A DNA stretch of 41,373 nt. It comes from Verrucomicrobiota bacterium (GTDB lineage Bacteria; Verrucomicrobiota; Verrucomicrobiia; Chthoniobacterales; JACTMZ01). The notes beneath the pieces are model-generated. The model worked only from the letters and a program-made list of their open reading frames with translations, was not told where the DNA came from and ran no database searches. Below are positions 7,108-16,628 of this stretch, one piece after another. The position numbers and the translations under genes were made by a program. The stretch lies in the NCBI GenBank assembly GCA_041177245.1, contig JBEDBL010000001.1, positions 1 through 41,373 on the forward strand, written 5' to 3'. Numbering within the stretch: the stretch's first letter is position 1; every line of letters starts with the position of its first letter.

Positions 7108-8363
7108 GGTCTGTTCTTTGCGGTTTGGCCTGCGCCTTTGCCGCCATCGCATCGGCCGCACCGCCGCAGGGCGCGGACGACACGGGACAGATGGAAAACC
7201 TGCCGTGGCTCGAGTGGGACAACGCAACCGGCGACTGGTGGCGGAGCCGGCCTCTCATCTCCGGCAGAGGCATCGACTTCACTGCGACCTACACCGCGCA
7301 GGTTTGGGGAAACGTGACCGGCGGACTCGAGCAAAACGCCGCGTATTTCGGATTGCTGCAATTCGGTTTGGATATCGATTTGGAAAAAGTCGTCGGATGG
7401 AAAGGCGCTTCATTCAACACGACGTGGATTTGGATGATGGGCGACCAGATAACGACGCCTTTTGTCGGTTCCAATTTCGCAGTCAGCGGTATCGAGGCCC
7501 CGAGGGGATTCCGCGCGCTCGATTTGTGGCTCCAGCAAAAGTTTTTCGGGGACAAACTCACGCTGCGCGCCGGCATTTTCAACGCGGACCGCGATTTTAC
7601 CCTCTCGGAGTATTCGGCTTTTTTTCTCAACAGCGCCTTCGGTTGGCCCGTGGTCTACGACGGACGGTCAGGTGGCGAGCCGTCCTATCCTTACGCAACT
7701 CCGGGACTCTATGCGGCGTGGCAACCGGCCGAGGGCTGGATTTTCCAAACGGCGGTCATGCAGGGAGCGGCCTACTCGCAGAACGCGAATTTTTATTGGA
7801 ACATCAACCGCGCGGACGGCCTGATGTTTCTCGGGGAAAGCATTTACTCCTGGCGCAAAGCGGAGCTTCCCGGAACAGCCAAGCTCGGCGCCGTCTTCCA
7901 GGACGGTGATCTCGATGTGGCGGGAAGCGAAGGCGAGTATGCTTGGGGCGGAGGTTTTTATTATGCGATTCTCGACCAGTCGCTTTACGTCGAGCCGGAG
8001 TCGACCGAGGAAACGCCTCAGGGCTTCGGCGGTTTTCTGCGCGGCGGTTTTTCCGCGCCGCAAAGATCCAGCTCCCTAGGTTTCTTCGCGCAAAGCGGGC
8101 TCGTCTATGACGGACTGATTCCGGGACGCGATGACGATTCAATCGGACTGGCTTTCGGATGGAACCAGGAATCGCACGGCGAAGCATCGACCCTGACGGG
8201 CAGCAACCGGGGGCTGGAGATGGTTTTCGATGTTTCTTACCAGGCGCAGTTGTCCCCGTGGCTCAGCGTGCAACCCGATCTGCAATACATCATCCAACCG
8301 GGCGGAAGCACCGCGATCCCGAACGCTCTCGTCATCGGGGTCAGTGTGGGCCTCGACTTCTGA
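7104..8363 (+). CDS. Carbohydrate-selective porin, OprB family
   Basis: The start was set at MRSVLCGLACAFAAIASAAPP (a signal peptide; ATG at 7104-7106), which overlaps the crcB stop as ATGA. The OprB-like region is GDWWRSRPLISGRGIDFTATYTAQVWGNVTGGL...LDIDLEKVVGWKGASF, and the protein has an aromatic C-terminus (GLDF). Confidence 0.8.
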   Translation: MRSVLCGLACAFAAIASAAPPQGADDTGQMENLPWLEWDNATGDWWRSRPLISGRGIDFTATYTAQVWGNVTGGLEQNAAYFGLLQFGLDIDLEKVVGWKGASFNTTWIWMMGDQITTPFVGSNFAVSGIEAPRGFRALDLWLQQKFFGDKLTLRAGIFNADRDFTLSEYSAFFLNSAFGWPVVYDGRSGGEPSYPYATPGLYAAWQPAEGWIFQTAVMQGAAYSQNANFYWNINRADGLMFLGESIYSWRKAELPGTAKLGAVFQDGDLDVAGSEGEYAWGGGFYYAILDQSLYVEPESTEETPQGFGGFLRGGFSAPQRSSSLGFFAQSGLVYDGLIPGRDDDSIGLAFGWNQESHGEASTLTGSNRGLEMVFDVSYQAQLSPWLSVQPDLQYIIQPGGSTAIPNALVIGVSVGLDF

Positions 8364-8417
8364 ACGGACTTTGCCGTTGTCCGGGGGACCACGGGCGCGC
8401 AAAATGTCTCACTCCCC

Positions 8418-9323
8418 ATGAAGCAGGACCAAATCGTCAAAGCGGCGCGCAAATTCTCGAAACCATTCCGCATCACCAACGGGAAGAAATTCCGGCTCAA
8501 GGAGCATGACCCGGGCGACACGTTGGATTTCACGGAAAAAGACAAACCGCGGGCCAAGAAAGCCTTGGCCGCCGGCGTGCAGGCACTGTCCGAATTGCAG
8601 GACAAGCTCTATGCGAAGGATCGATGGGCGGTGCTGCTCATTTTCCAAGCGATGGATGCGGCGGGCAAAGACGGTGCGATCAAGCACGTCATGTCGGGGA
8701 TCAACCCGCAGGGTTGCGAGGTCCACTCCTTCAAAGCGCCGACCAGCGAGGAACTCGACCACGATTACCTGTGGCGTTGCTCGAAGCGCGTTCCCGAGCG
8801 CGGACGTATCGGCATCTTCAACCGCAGCTATTACGAGGAGGTCCTCGTCGTGCGCGTGCACCCGCAGATCCTGCAAAAACAAAAAATTCCGCGCGAACTT
8901 TTCACCAAGCGCATCTGGGACGAACGCCACGAAGATATCCGTGATTTCGAACGCTACCTCAACCGCAACGGCGTGCTCGTGCGGAAATTTTTCCTCAATG
9001 TTTCGAAGGAGGAGCAGAAAAAGCGCTTTCTCGAACGCATCGACAAGCCGGAGAAGAACTGGAAATTCTCCACCGCCGACTCGCACGAGCGGAAGCATTG
9101 GAACGACTACCATCGCGCCTACGAGGACATGATCCGCGCCACCGCCACGAAAGATGCACCGTGGTATGTCGTGCCCGCGGACCACAAGTGGTTCAGCCGC
9201 CTCGTCGTGGCTGCGGCCGGCATCGACGCCCTCGCCTCGCTCGACCTGGCTTACCCGACGGTCGACGCAGCCCAACTGAAAGAACTAACGGCTGCTAAAA
9301 AAGAGCTGCTCGCCGAAAAGTAG
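8418..9323 (+). CDS. ppk2: Polyphosphate kinase 2 (PPK2) family polyphosphate:nucleotide phosphotransferase
   Basis: 301 aa with the Walker-A-like motif QAMDAAGKDGAIKHV. Other PPK2 motifs present: NPQGCEVHSFKAPTSEELDHDYLWR and IGIFNRSYYEEVLVVRVHP. Confidence 0.9.
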   Translation: MKQDQIVKAARKFSKPFRITNGKKFRLKEHDPGDTLDFTEKDKPRAKKALAAGVQALSELQDKLYAKDRWAVLLIFQAMDAAGKDGAIKHVMSGINPQGCEVHSFKAPTSEELDHDYLWRCSKRVPERGRIGIFNRSYYEEVLVVRVHPQILQKQKIPRELFTKRIWDERHEDIRDFERYLNRNGVLVRKFFLNVSKEEQKKRFLERIDKPEKNWKFSTADSHERKHWNDYHRAYEDMIRATATKDAPWYVVPADHKWFSRLVVAAAGIDALASLDLAYPTVDAAQLKELTAAKKELLAEK

Positions 9324-9326
9324 CGC

Positions 9327-9743
9327 CTAATCCCCTATAATTTTGACGAGCACACGCTTGCTACGAAGGCCGTCGAATTCGCCGTAGAAAATCTGTTCCC
9401 ACGGACCGAAGTCCAACGCGCCGTCAGTCACGGCAACAACAACCTCCCGCCCCATGATGCTGCGCTTGAGGTGCGCATCGGCATTGTCTTCCGCACCATT
9501 GTGACGGTATTGGTTGTACGGTTTTTCCGGCGCGAGACGTTCCAGCCACTTTTCGAAATCAGCATGGAGTCCACTTTCGTCGTCGTTGATAAAAACGCTG
9601 GCTGTGATGTGCATGGCATTGACCAGGCAAAGTCCTTCTTTGATCCCGCTCGCGCGGAGACACTTTTCGACCTGCGGTGTGATATTCATCAGACCGCGCC
9701 GCGCAGGGACGTCGAACCAGAGTTCTTCGCGGAAGGATTTCAT
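9327..9743 (-). CDS. YjbQ/UPF0047 family protein (secondary thiamine-phosphate synthase-like)
   Basis: 138 aa. Family-typical motifs present: [59 protein letters not shown]. Confidence 0.85.
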   Translation of the reverse strand: MKSFREELWFDVPARRGLMNITPQVEKCLRASGIKEGLCLVNAMHITASVFINDDESGLHADFEKWLERLAPEKPYNQYRHNGAEDNADAHLKRSIMGREVVVAVTDGALDFGPWEQIFYGEFDGLRSKRVLVKIIGD

Positions 9744-9828
9744 GGGAAAGAATTGAACGGGAAGTAACGAAGGTGGAAACGCCAGAGGAGACCGAATTCG
9801 TTATCTTCGTTTTCTTTTGCTCAGAAGA

Positions 9829-11103
<1,275 letters not shown>

Positions 11104-11197
11104 GCTTAAAAGTCGAGGGTTGAGGGACGGGAGTAGGAGAGAAGCGGAGACAACCCCGGGCAATGGAGAGAAGAACTGAACTCCCTGAAAACGCGCT

Positions 11198-12109
11198 TCA
11201 TGAAAGGCCCAACGAGAGGGCGAGGCGATCGAGGGTATCGGACGTCACTGCGGAAATATTCTCCTCGGGCAATGTGGATCTGCCCCGGAACCAGGTCAAC
11301 TGCCTTTTGGCGTATTGGCGCGTGGCAACTGCTAGTTGCTCGCGGCATTGCTCCATGGTTGTCCGGCCGTCGAGCAGTGAAACAATCTCCCGCCATCCGA
11401 GAATCTGGCGGGCGGTTCCGCTGGCAATGTCGCGAACCGCGCGGACTTCCTCGACGGCTCCGTTTTGCAAACGGTGCTTCACCGCGGCATCGATCCGCAT
11501 GTTGAGTTCTTCGCGAGGTCGCACGATCACGCACCCGCGCAAACCTTCCGGTGGCGCGGGAAGTTCCGATATGACCCGGGAGGCGGGGAGACCGGTTTGC
11601 AGGGAGAGTTCGACTCGCCGGGCCACGCGCCGCGGGTTGTGCATATCAATGACAGCGGCACTTTGCGGGTCGAGTTCGTGCAATTTGGCCTGCATCTCCT
11701 CGAGAGTCATTCCCCTCACCCGCTCGCGCAGCGCCGGATCGATGGCGGGCAACGAGGGCAGCCCACCGATCAGCGTCTGCAAATAAAGCCCGCTGCCGCC
11801 GACCACGAAGGGTGTTTTTCCGCGGGAGACAATGTCGCGCAGAACATCGCACGCCATGCCGGCATAGCGTGCTACATCCATTTCTTCAACGCAGCCAATG
11901 TGACCGTAAAGATGGTGTGGCACCTGGGCCCGCTCGTCCGCGGAAGGTTGCGCGCCGATCACGGGAAATTCGTGGTAGAGTTGGAAGGCGTCCCCACAGA
12001 CGACTTCTCCCTGGTGTTCCTCCGCGAAACGCAGCGCGATTTCCGATTTTCCGACCGAGGTCGGACCGGCGATGAAGATGCAACGCCGTAGGATTTCGTG
12101 CTCGGTCAT
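11198..12109 (-). CDS. miaA: tRNA dimethylallyltransferase MiaA
   Basis: 303 aa. P-loop IAGPTSVGKSEIA, GGSGLYLQTL and YAKRQLTWFR are typical of MiaA. Confidence 0.9.
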   Translation of the reverse strand: MTEHEILRRCIFIAGPTSVGKSEIALRFAEEHQGEVVCGDAFQLYHEFPVIGAQPSADERAQVPHHLYGHIGCVEEMDVARYAGMACDVLRDIVSRGKTPFVVGGSGLYLQTLIGGLPSLPAIDPALRERVRGMTLEEMQAKLHELDPQSAAVIDMHNPRRVARRVELSLQTGLPASRVISELPAPPEGLRGCVIVRPREELNMRIDAAVKHRLQNGAVEEVRAVRDIASGTARQILGWREIVSLLDGRTTMEQCREQLAVATRQYAKRQLTWFRGRSTLPEENISAVTSDTLDRLALSLGLS

Positions 12110-12115
12110 CGGCGG

Positions 12116-12154
12116 AAAACAAAACGTCCGCTTCCCGCGGACGGGAAGCGGACG
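12116..12154 (-). terminator. Rho-independent terminator downstream of the RRM gene
   Basis: A perfect 13-bp stem (12125-12137 CGTCCGCTTCCCG pairing with 12142-12154 CGGGAAGCGGACG) encloses the loop CGGA. On the minus strand it is followed by TTTTGTTTT (12124-12116). Confidence 0.65.
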
Positions 12155-12175
12155 CTGTGAAGATCTGATGGCACC

Positions 12176-12802
12176 TCAGGCCTGCTGCGACTCGGACTCA
12201 ACCGTCTCGGCGCTCTCGGACGTTTCCTCCCGGTCGCGGCCGATGGAGCGGTCGGAGGGAAGTTTGGCCCCGCTGACCACGAGTTTGCGGCCCATGAAGT
12301 CCTTGTCGTGGAGTTCGTCCACGGCACGCTTGGCCTCGGAGATGGCGTTCATCTGCACGAAGCCGAATCCCTTGGAGCGCTGGGTGTGTTTGTTGGCGAC
12401 GATCTCGACGTTGGCCACCGTGCCGACGCCCGAGAAGAGATCGAACAGGTCGCTCTCGCTGGCATCATAGGAGAGGTTGCCCACGTAGAGACGCGGGGTC
12501 GTGACCTCGATGGCCTCGGGCTTGCGGGACTCGCGCGGGGCGCGAGGCTCGCGGGGAGAGCGCGCGGGGCGACCGGACGACTCTTCGCGCGGAGCGCGGG
12601 TCTCGCGGCGTTCGTTGCCGTTGGCTGACGATTTGGGGGCGGGCTGCGGCGCGAGGCCGAAGAACGCTTTGATTTTATCCCACAGGCCTGCCGGCTTGCG
12701 GGGTTCGCGACGCACATGGAATGTGTCGCCGGAACGGGGACTGGACGAGTGACGGCTGCGGCCGCTGCGGCGGCGGCGCTGGCCGGAATGACGTGAATTC
12801 AT
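12176..12802 (-). CDS. RRM (RNP-1) RNA-binding protein with a long Arg/Ser/Pro-rich N-terminal extension
   Basis: The start was set at MNSRHSGQRRRR (ATG at 12802-12800). RNP2 is LYVGNL and RNP1 is KGFGFVQM. The RRM occupies roughly the C-terminal 80 aa. About 125 aa of a basic, low-complexity region precede it. Confidence 0.85.
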   Translation of the reverse strand: MNSRHSGQRRRRSGRSRHSSSPRSGDTFHVRREPRKPAGLWDKIKAFFGLAPQPAPKSSANGNERRETRAPREESSGRPARSPREPRAPRESRKPEAIEVTTPRLYVGNLSYDASESDLFDLFSGVGTVANVEIVANKHTQRSKGFGFVQMNAISEAKRAVDELHDKDFMGRKLVVSGAKLPSDRSIGRDREETSESAETVESESQQA

Positions 12803-13110
12803 GGAAGCTACCTTTTCGATATTGTTGATGGTTGAAAAGCGGGGCGCGCCTACCGCGCACGTTGTTGAGACCGCTTGTTGTTTTTGACGGAACCCGGGCC
12901 GCGAATGGGGCGCGGAGGAAATCCGCCGGGTTTTCGGGGAGGGCCAAGGAGCCGACATTGCGCCGCGCGAATAAAGTCGCGGCGAAGCCGAGCAGGGCGA
13001 GCCAACCGGATTTGGGGCGACCGGAATCGCGAGCTGCCTGCATCCAAGAGGATACCACAAACATGGCCATAACCTCGAAAGGCGAAAGCGTAGGGACGCG
13101 GATGGCTATG

Positions 13111-13146
13111 AGCAAGAAAGAAATCGCCGCCCCGAGGGGCGGCGAT
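13111..13146 (-). terminator. Probable rho-independent terminator downstream of the LTXXQ protein gene
   Basis: Inverted repeat ATCGCCGCCCC (13123-13133) / GGGGCGGCGAT (13136-13146). On the minus strand it is followed by TTCTTTCTTGCT. Confidence 0.55.
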
Positions 13147-13190
13147 CGCAATTTTACTCTGTTAAACGGTTGGTTTTGTCGCGTTTTTGA

Positions 13191-13883
13191 CTACTCCGAA
13201 CCCGGCCCTCCCATAGGCTCATTCATGTCGGGAGGAGGCGGGCTATCCTGCCCTTCCCCATCCGGACCCCGACCGTGGTGCGGGGGGTGTCCCATGAGAC
13301 CGGGTCCGAGCTTATCGAGCAAGGGTCCGAGGGTCGGATCGGCTTTGAGCATGGCAGCTTTCCCAGCCTCGAGCATATCCCGGGCGGCATCGCGCTTGGC
13401 CTCAGGCCCCTGGGCATTCCTCATTTTTTCGCGCGCGGTTTGCACAGCCGGATCGTCCTTGGCTTTCTCCCGCGCAGCTTTGAGTTGCTGCTTCTGCTCC
13501 GGCGTAAGCGACTCGAACTTGCCCTTCATTTCCTTAGCGCGATCGCGGGCCTGCTTGATTTTGTCGAGGGTGGGCGCCAGCGAAGGATCGGCGGCGAGCA
13601 TGGCCGCACGCACCGCATTCTCCAATTGGCCTTCCAAGGCATCTTTCGCCTCCTTGAGGGAACGGACCGTAGGATCTTCCTTGGCTTTGTCTCGAGCAGC
13701 CGAAAGCTTTTGCTGCTCGTCAGGTGTCAGGTTTGCGCCGACCTGCGGGCCTTGCGACTTGCCATACTTTTTGCCGTGAAAGCCGCCACTGGACCCGCCG
13801 GGCTGCGGCTGTGAATCATCCTGCGCTGCGAGCGGCGAAGCAGCCGCCAGCAACCCAATGAGAATAAGGTTAATATTTTTCAT
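13191..13883 (-). CDS. Secreted LTXXQ-motif (CpxP/Spy-like) repeat protein
   Basis: The start was set at MKNINLILIGLLAAASPLAAQ (signal peptide; ATG at 13883-13881). Two LTXXQ motifs (LTPDEQQKL, LTPEQKQQL) lie within an internal duplication. The C-terminal tail is rich in His, Pro and Gly. Confidence 0.7.
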   Translation of the reverse strand: MKNINLILIGLLAAASPLAAQDDSQPQPGGSSGGFHGKKYGKSQGPQVGANLTPDEQQKLSAARDKAKEDPTVRSLKEAKDALEGQLENAVRAAMLAADPSLAPTLDKIKQARDRAKEMKGKFESLTPEQKQQLKAAREKAKDDPAVQTAREKMRNAQGPEAKRDAARDMLEAGKAAMLKADPTLGPLLDKLGPGLMGHPPHHGRGPDGEGQDSPPPPDMNEPMGGPGSE

Positions 13884-13951
13884 AACACCGTGTTCAACCC
13901 CGAACCTTCGTCCGGGTTGCGGCGGTTTGACAGCCACGGGCAAAATAGCGA

Positions 13952-15037
13952 TCAAGACAAGATCGACCGGTAGACCGAGGCGATTTCGCGGGAGACGGCA
14001 CGCGCATCGAAAAGTTCGACCACCCTTTCCCGCGCTGTCTTCGTGCGCTCTTTCGCCGCGGCGGGATCCGCAACAAAAGACCGGACGGCCTCGTGCAGTG
14101 CGGATGTATTGCCGGGGGTAACAAGAACACCAGCATCGCCCAGCGCCGCGGAAACGCCTTCGAGATCGGAGGCTATCACGGGAACGCCGCATGCCATGGC
14201 TTCGAGGAGAGTCATGGGAAGTGCTTCGTGCAGCGAAGGAAGAAGAAAACCATCAAGGGCCGCATAGAATTCCAGGCGATCCACGATACCGCCGAGCAGA
14301 CGAAAGTTGGGCGTTCCCGCCGCCGCACGGCTCAGGATTTCGCGTTCGGGCCCCTCACCGCCGATCACGAAATCGATCGACGGCATTCGACGCGCCAACT
14401 CGACCAGCGAAAGAAAATTCTTTTCCGGTGCCAGCCTGCCGAGCGCACCAAAGACAAAACTTTTCGAGTCGATACCGAGACTCTCTCGTGCACGGTTCCG
14501 CTGCTCTGTTGTCGCGGGGCGGAAAAGACGGACGTCGATACCGTTCGTGACAACGGTGATTTTGCGACGCGGTACAAATTCGCGGACAGCCAAGAATCCG
14601 GCTACTCCCTCCGAAACCGCCACGACATGATGGGAAAAAAAGTGGGCTAATGCATCAGGGGGCATCGACCACCACCGGCGGAAGGCGAGATCCGCACTAC
14701 TGTGGTCGTGCGCCACGCGCTTGGCGCGGGAAAACAATGCGCTCAAAGGCTTCGCGATCCAGTTCGCGCCGGGAAGGTGGAAATGGAGCACGTCATACTC
14801 GCCAGCGCGGAGCAACCGCGCAAAGTTCCGCAGATAAGCCGGCGGCCACTTGGCTCGAGAGAGGGAATGAACCTTGATGCCGCGCTTTTCCAGTTCGTCG
14901 GCGAAAATTCCCCAGCCATGCATGGCAGCCACTTCGCACCGCAGTCCGGCAGCATCGGCGTTGGCCGCCAGATCCAACAGGACGCTTTGAGCCCCGCCCA
15001 GACCGAGATGATCGATGACGTGCAGAACACGGATCAT
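13952..15037 (-). CDS. Glycosyltransferase, GT4-like (GT-B fold)
   Basis: N-terminus MIRVLHVIDHLGLGGAQ. An EX7E region is present in HEALPMTLLEAMACGVPVIASD. The ATG overlaps the upstream stop (ATGA at 15034-15037). Confidence 0.85.
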   Translation of the reverse strand: MIRVLHVIDHLGLGGAQSVLLDLAANADAAGLRCEVAAMHGWGIFADELEKRGIKVHSLSRAKWPPAYLRNFARLLRAGEYDVLHFHLPGANWIAKPLSALFSRAKRVAHDHSSADLAFRRWWSMPPDALAHFFSHHVVAVSEGVAGFLAVREFVPRRKITVVTNGIDVRLFRPATTEQRNRARESLGIDSKSFVFGALGRLAPEKNFLSLVELARRMPSIDFVIGGEGPEREILSRAAAGTPNFRLLGGIVDRLEFYAALDGFLLPSLHEALPMTLLEAMACGVPVIASDLEGVSAALGDAGVLVTPGNTSALHEAVRSFVADPAAAKERTKTARERVVELFDARAVSREIASVYRSILS

Positions 15038-16122
15038 GCCACGGAGGTAACTTCAAGAAATGTCCCGACATTACGTGCGTTGTCATGCCACTCGCGAACG
15101 AAGCGGGTGGCTTCCGCGCCCGACGAATCGAGAACGGAGGCACTCCCGAGCAGGTCGCCGATGCCTGTGCGAAAATCAGCGAAAGACCCTTGCGCCATCA
15201 CTCCTGCGGCAAATTCGCCGAACATGTTGTCCGGATCGATTCCGAGGGAGGCAATCGCCGCGCGACCGAGGCCCGCATGAATAAATGTGTTCGGCACACC
15301 TTCATGCGAGGAAGTGTTCACGAATATCTTGGCGCGATCGAACTCGCCCTGCACTTCGCGGTAGGCAACGCCCTCGACAAACTCGACATTGGGTGCGGTT
15401 GTTGCGCGCGACTTCATCGCAGCGAACAATTTCGCATCGTGCGGCGTGCAGATCATACGACAACGCGCGGCCGGGAACGCGTCCGCGAGATCGAGAAACA
15501 GGCCCGGTTGTTTTACATCCTCGCAGCGGGCGACCCAAAGAAGGTCGACCGGCTTGTCACCGCGCTCACCCCGGTTTTCCTCGCGCAGCAACAATCGTGT
15601 GACCGCGCACTGCATCCCCAAGCGCGCGAAATCGGCCGCCTGCGCTGCTGTTATGGACAATCGGACATCCGCCGCCTGCATGCCACGGTGGAAAAAAAAT
15701 CCTCGAAGCGGATTGCGGCGCCTGAACTCGCCGTCGATCTCCGCGTCGAGCGCGCAAACAAAAACCAGCTTGAACGGGATGCTTTGCCGCCAACGCGCAA
15801 GCAGATAAAGCAGGGCAGTCCAACCGTAGACGACGACATAATCCGGTTTCTCCTCCCGCAACACGGCGCGGAGACGGGGCAGGGCGCGGAGCATGTCGAC
15901 CACTCTGCCTGTCTCGTAGCGACCGCCATTGCGGATCTTGATACCCTCCCACTCTATGCCGTCCGGTTGTCCGGTATCGGCACCGAGCAAGACAGCGCGG
16001 TGACCCCGGCGCACCAATTCAGACGCCATCAGGGCGGCTTGCAACTCGGCCCCGCCCGCCGCGCGCGGAGCGGCCGGATCCCACACAAGATGAGCCCCGC
16101 GGGAGAGGAAAAGATATTTCAC
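15034..16122 (-). CDS. Glycosyltransferase, GT-B fold (GT4-like, variant EX7H)
   Basis: 362 aa with a GGAELQAALMASELVRRGH N-domain and a SSHEGVPNTFIHAGLG C-domain. The GTG start at 16122 overlaps the upstream stop (GTGA). Confidence 0.7.
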   Translation of the reverse strand: MKYLFLSRGAHLVWDPAAPRAAGGAELQAALMASELVRRGHRAVLLGADTGQPDGIEWEGIKIRNGGRYETGRVVDMLRALPRLRAVLREEKPDYVVVYGWTALLYLLARWRQSIPFKLVFVCALDAEIDGEFRRRNPLRGFFFHRGMQAADVRLSITAAQAADFARLGMQCAVTRLLLREENRGERGDKPVDLLWVARCEDVKQPGLFLDLADAFPAARCRMICTPHDAKLFAAMKSRATTAPNVEFVEGVAYREVQGEFDRAKIFVNTSSHEGVPNTFIHAGLGRAAIASLGIDPDNMFGEFAAGVMAQGSFADFRTGIGDLLGSASVLDSSGAEATRFVREWHDNARNVGTFLEVTSVA

Positions 16123-16610
16123 GACGCGTCACCAACCGGACGCGCGGGATTGCCAGCGACGGTGGAACCGGCGGACACATCGTGGACAACAACGCTTCCG
16201 GCGCCGATGGTCGCGTCGTCAGCGACATTGATCGCACCGATAACCACGCTGTTGCTGCCGATGTCGACGCGATCGCCTATGACCGGACAATCGTCCGCGG
16301 CCTTGCGCATTCCGATAGTGGTCGCGTGACGGAGCGTGCAGTCGGCGCCGATGACTGCGTTGTCATGGATAACCAGGGCATAGCCGTGGTAAAGACGAAG
16401 ACGCGGCCCGATTTCGGCTTTGTAGTTCAACTCGATGCCCAGCTCCCAATACATGAGAAGCTGGTAGACAGCCAGATACGGCATCCCGGCCCACCGGATC
16501 CAGCGTGGCCACCGATGCAACTTCTGCGCGAAGCGGAAGGAGGCGAGCATCAATTGACTCCGGACGTTGCCCGCATTGGCGGACCAATCTTGCAGGATGC
16601 CTTGGCTCAT
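16119..16610 (-). CDS. Hexapeptide-repeat O-acetyltransferase (serine acetyltransferase/WcaB-like)
   Basis: 163 aa with left-handed beta-helix repeats: IGPRLRLYHGYALVIHDNAVIGADCTLRHATTIG...IGDRVDIGSNSVVIGAINVADDATIGAGSVVVHDV. Confidence 0.85.
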   Translation of the reverse strand: MSQGILQDWSANAGNVRSQLMLASFRFAQKLHRWPRWIRWAGMPYLAVYQLLMYWELGIELNYKAEIGPRLRLYHGYALVIHDNAVIGADCTLRHATTIGMRKAADDCPVIGDRVDIGSNSVVIGAINVADDATIGAGSVVVHDVSAGSTVAGNPARPVGDAS

Positions 16611-16628
16611 TTAACGTGCGGTTTGCCG

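Noticed and set aside
8409-9275. 288-aa minus-strand ORF antisense to ppk2
   Set aside because: The PPK2 frame has unmistakable family motifs, and the antisense product has none.
11104-11197. Hidden hfq or small ORF between miaA and hflX
   Set aside because: The gap is 94 nt, with no start-to-stop frame long enough for an Sm-fold protein (about 70-100 aa).
12832-13779. 315-aa plus-strand ORF spanning the intergenic region and the LTXXQ gene
   Set aside because: It is a Ser/Ala/Arg/Pro-rich low-complexity product antisense to a gene with a signal peptide and LTXXQ repeats. It also crosses a terminator hairpin.
15085-16329. 414-aa plus-strand ORF across two GT genes and the acetyltransferase
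   Set aside because: It is antisense to three coupled minus-strand genes with recognisable GT and hexapeptide motifs, so I treat it as a shadow ORF. The same reasoning applies to 10240-11109, 11465-12091, 17947-18570, 21267-22241, 25645-26745, 26878-27852, 27958-28740, 32464-33237, 33429-34349 and 34933-35694.
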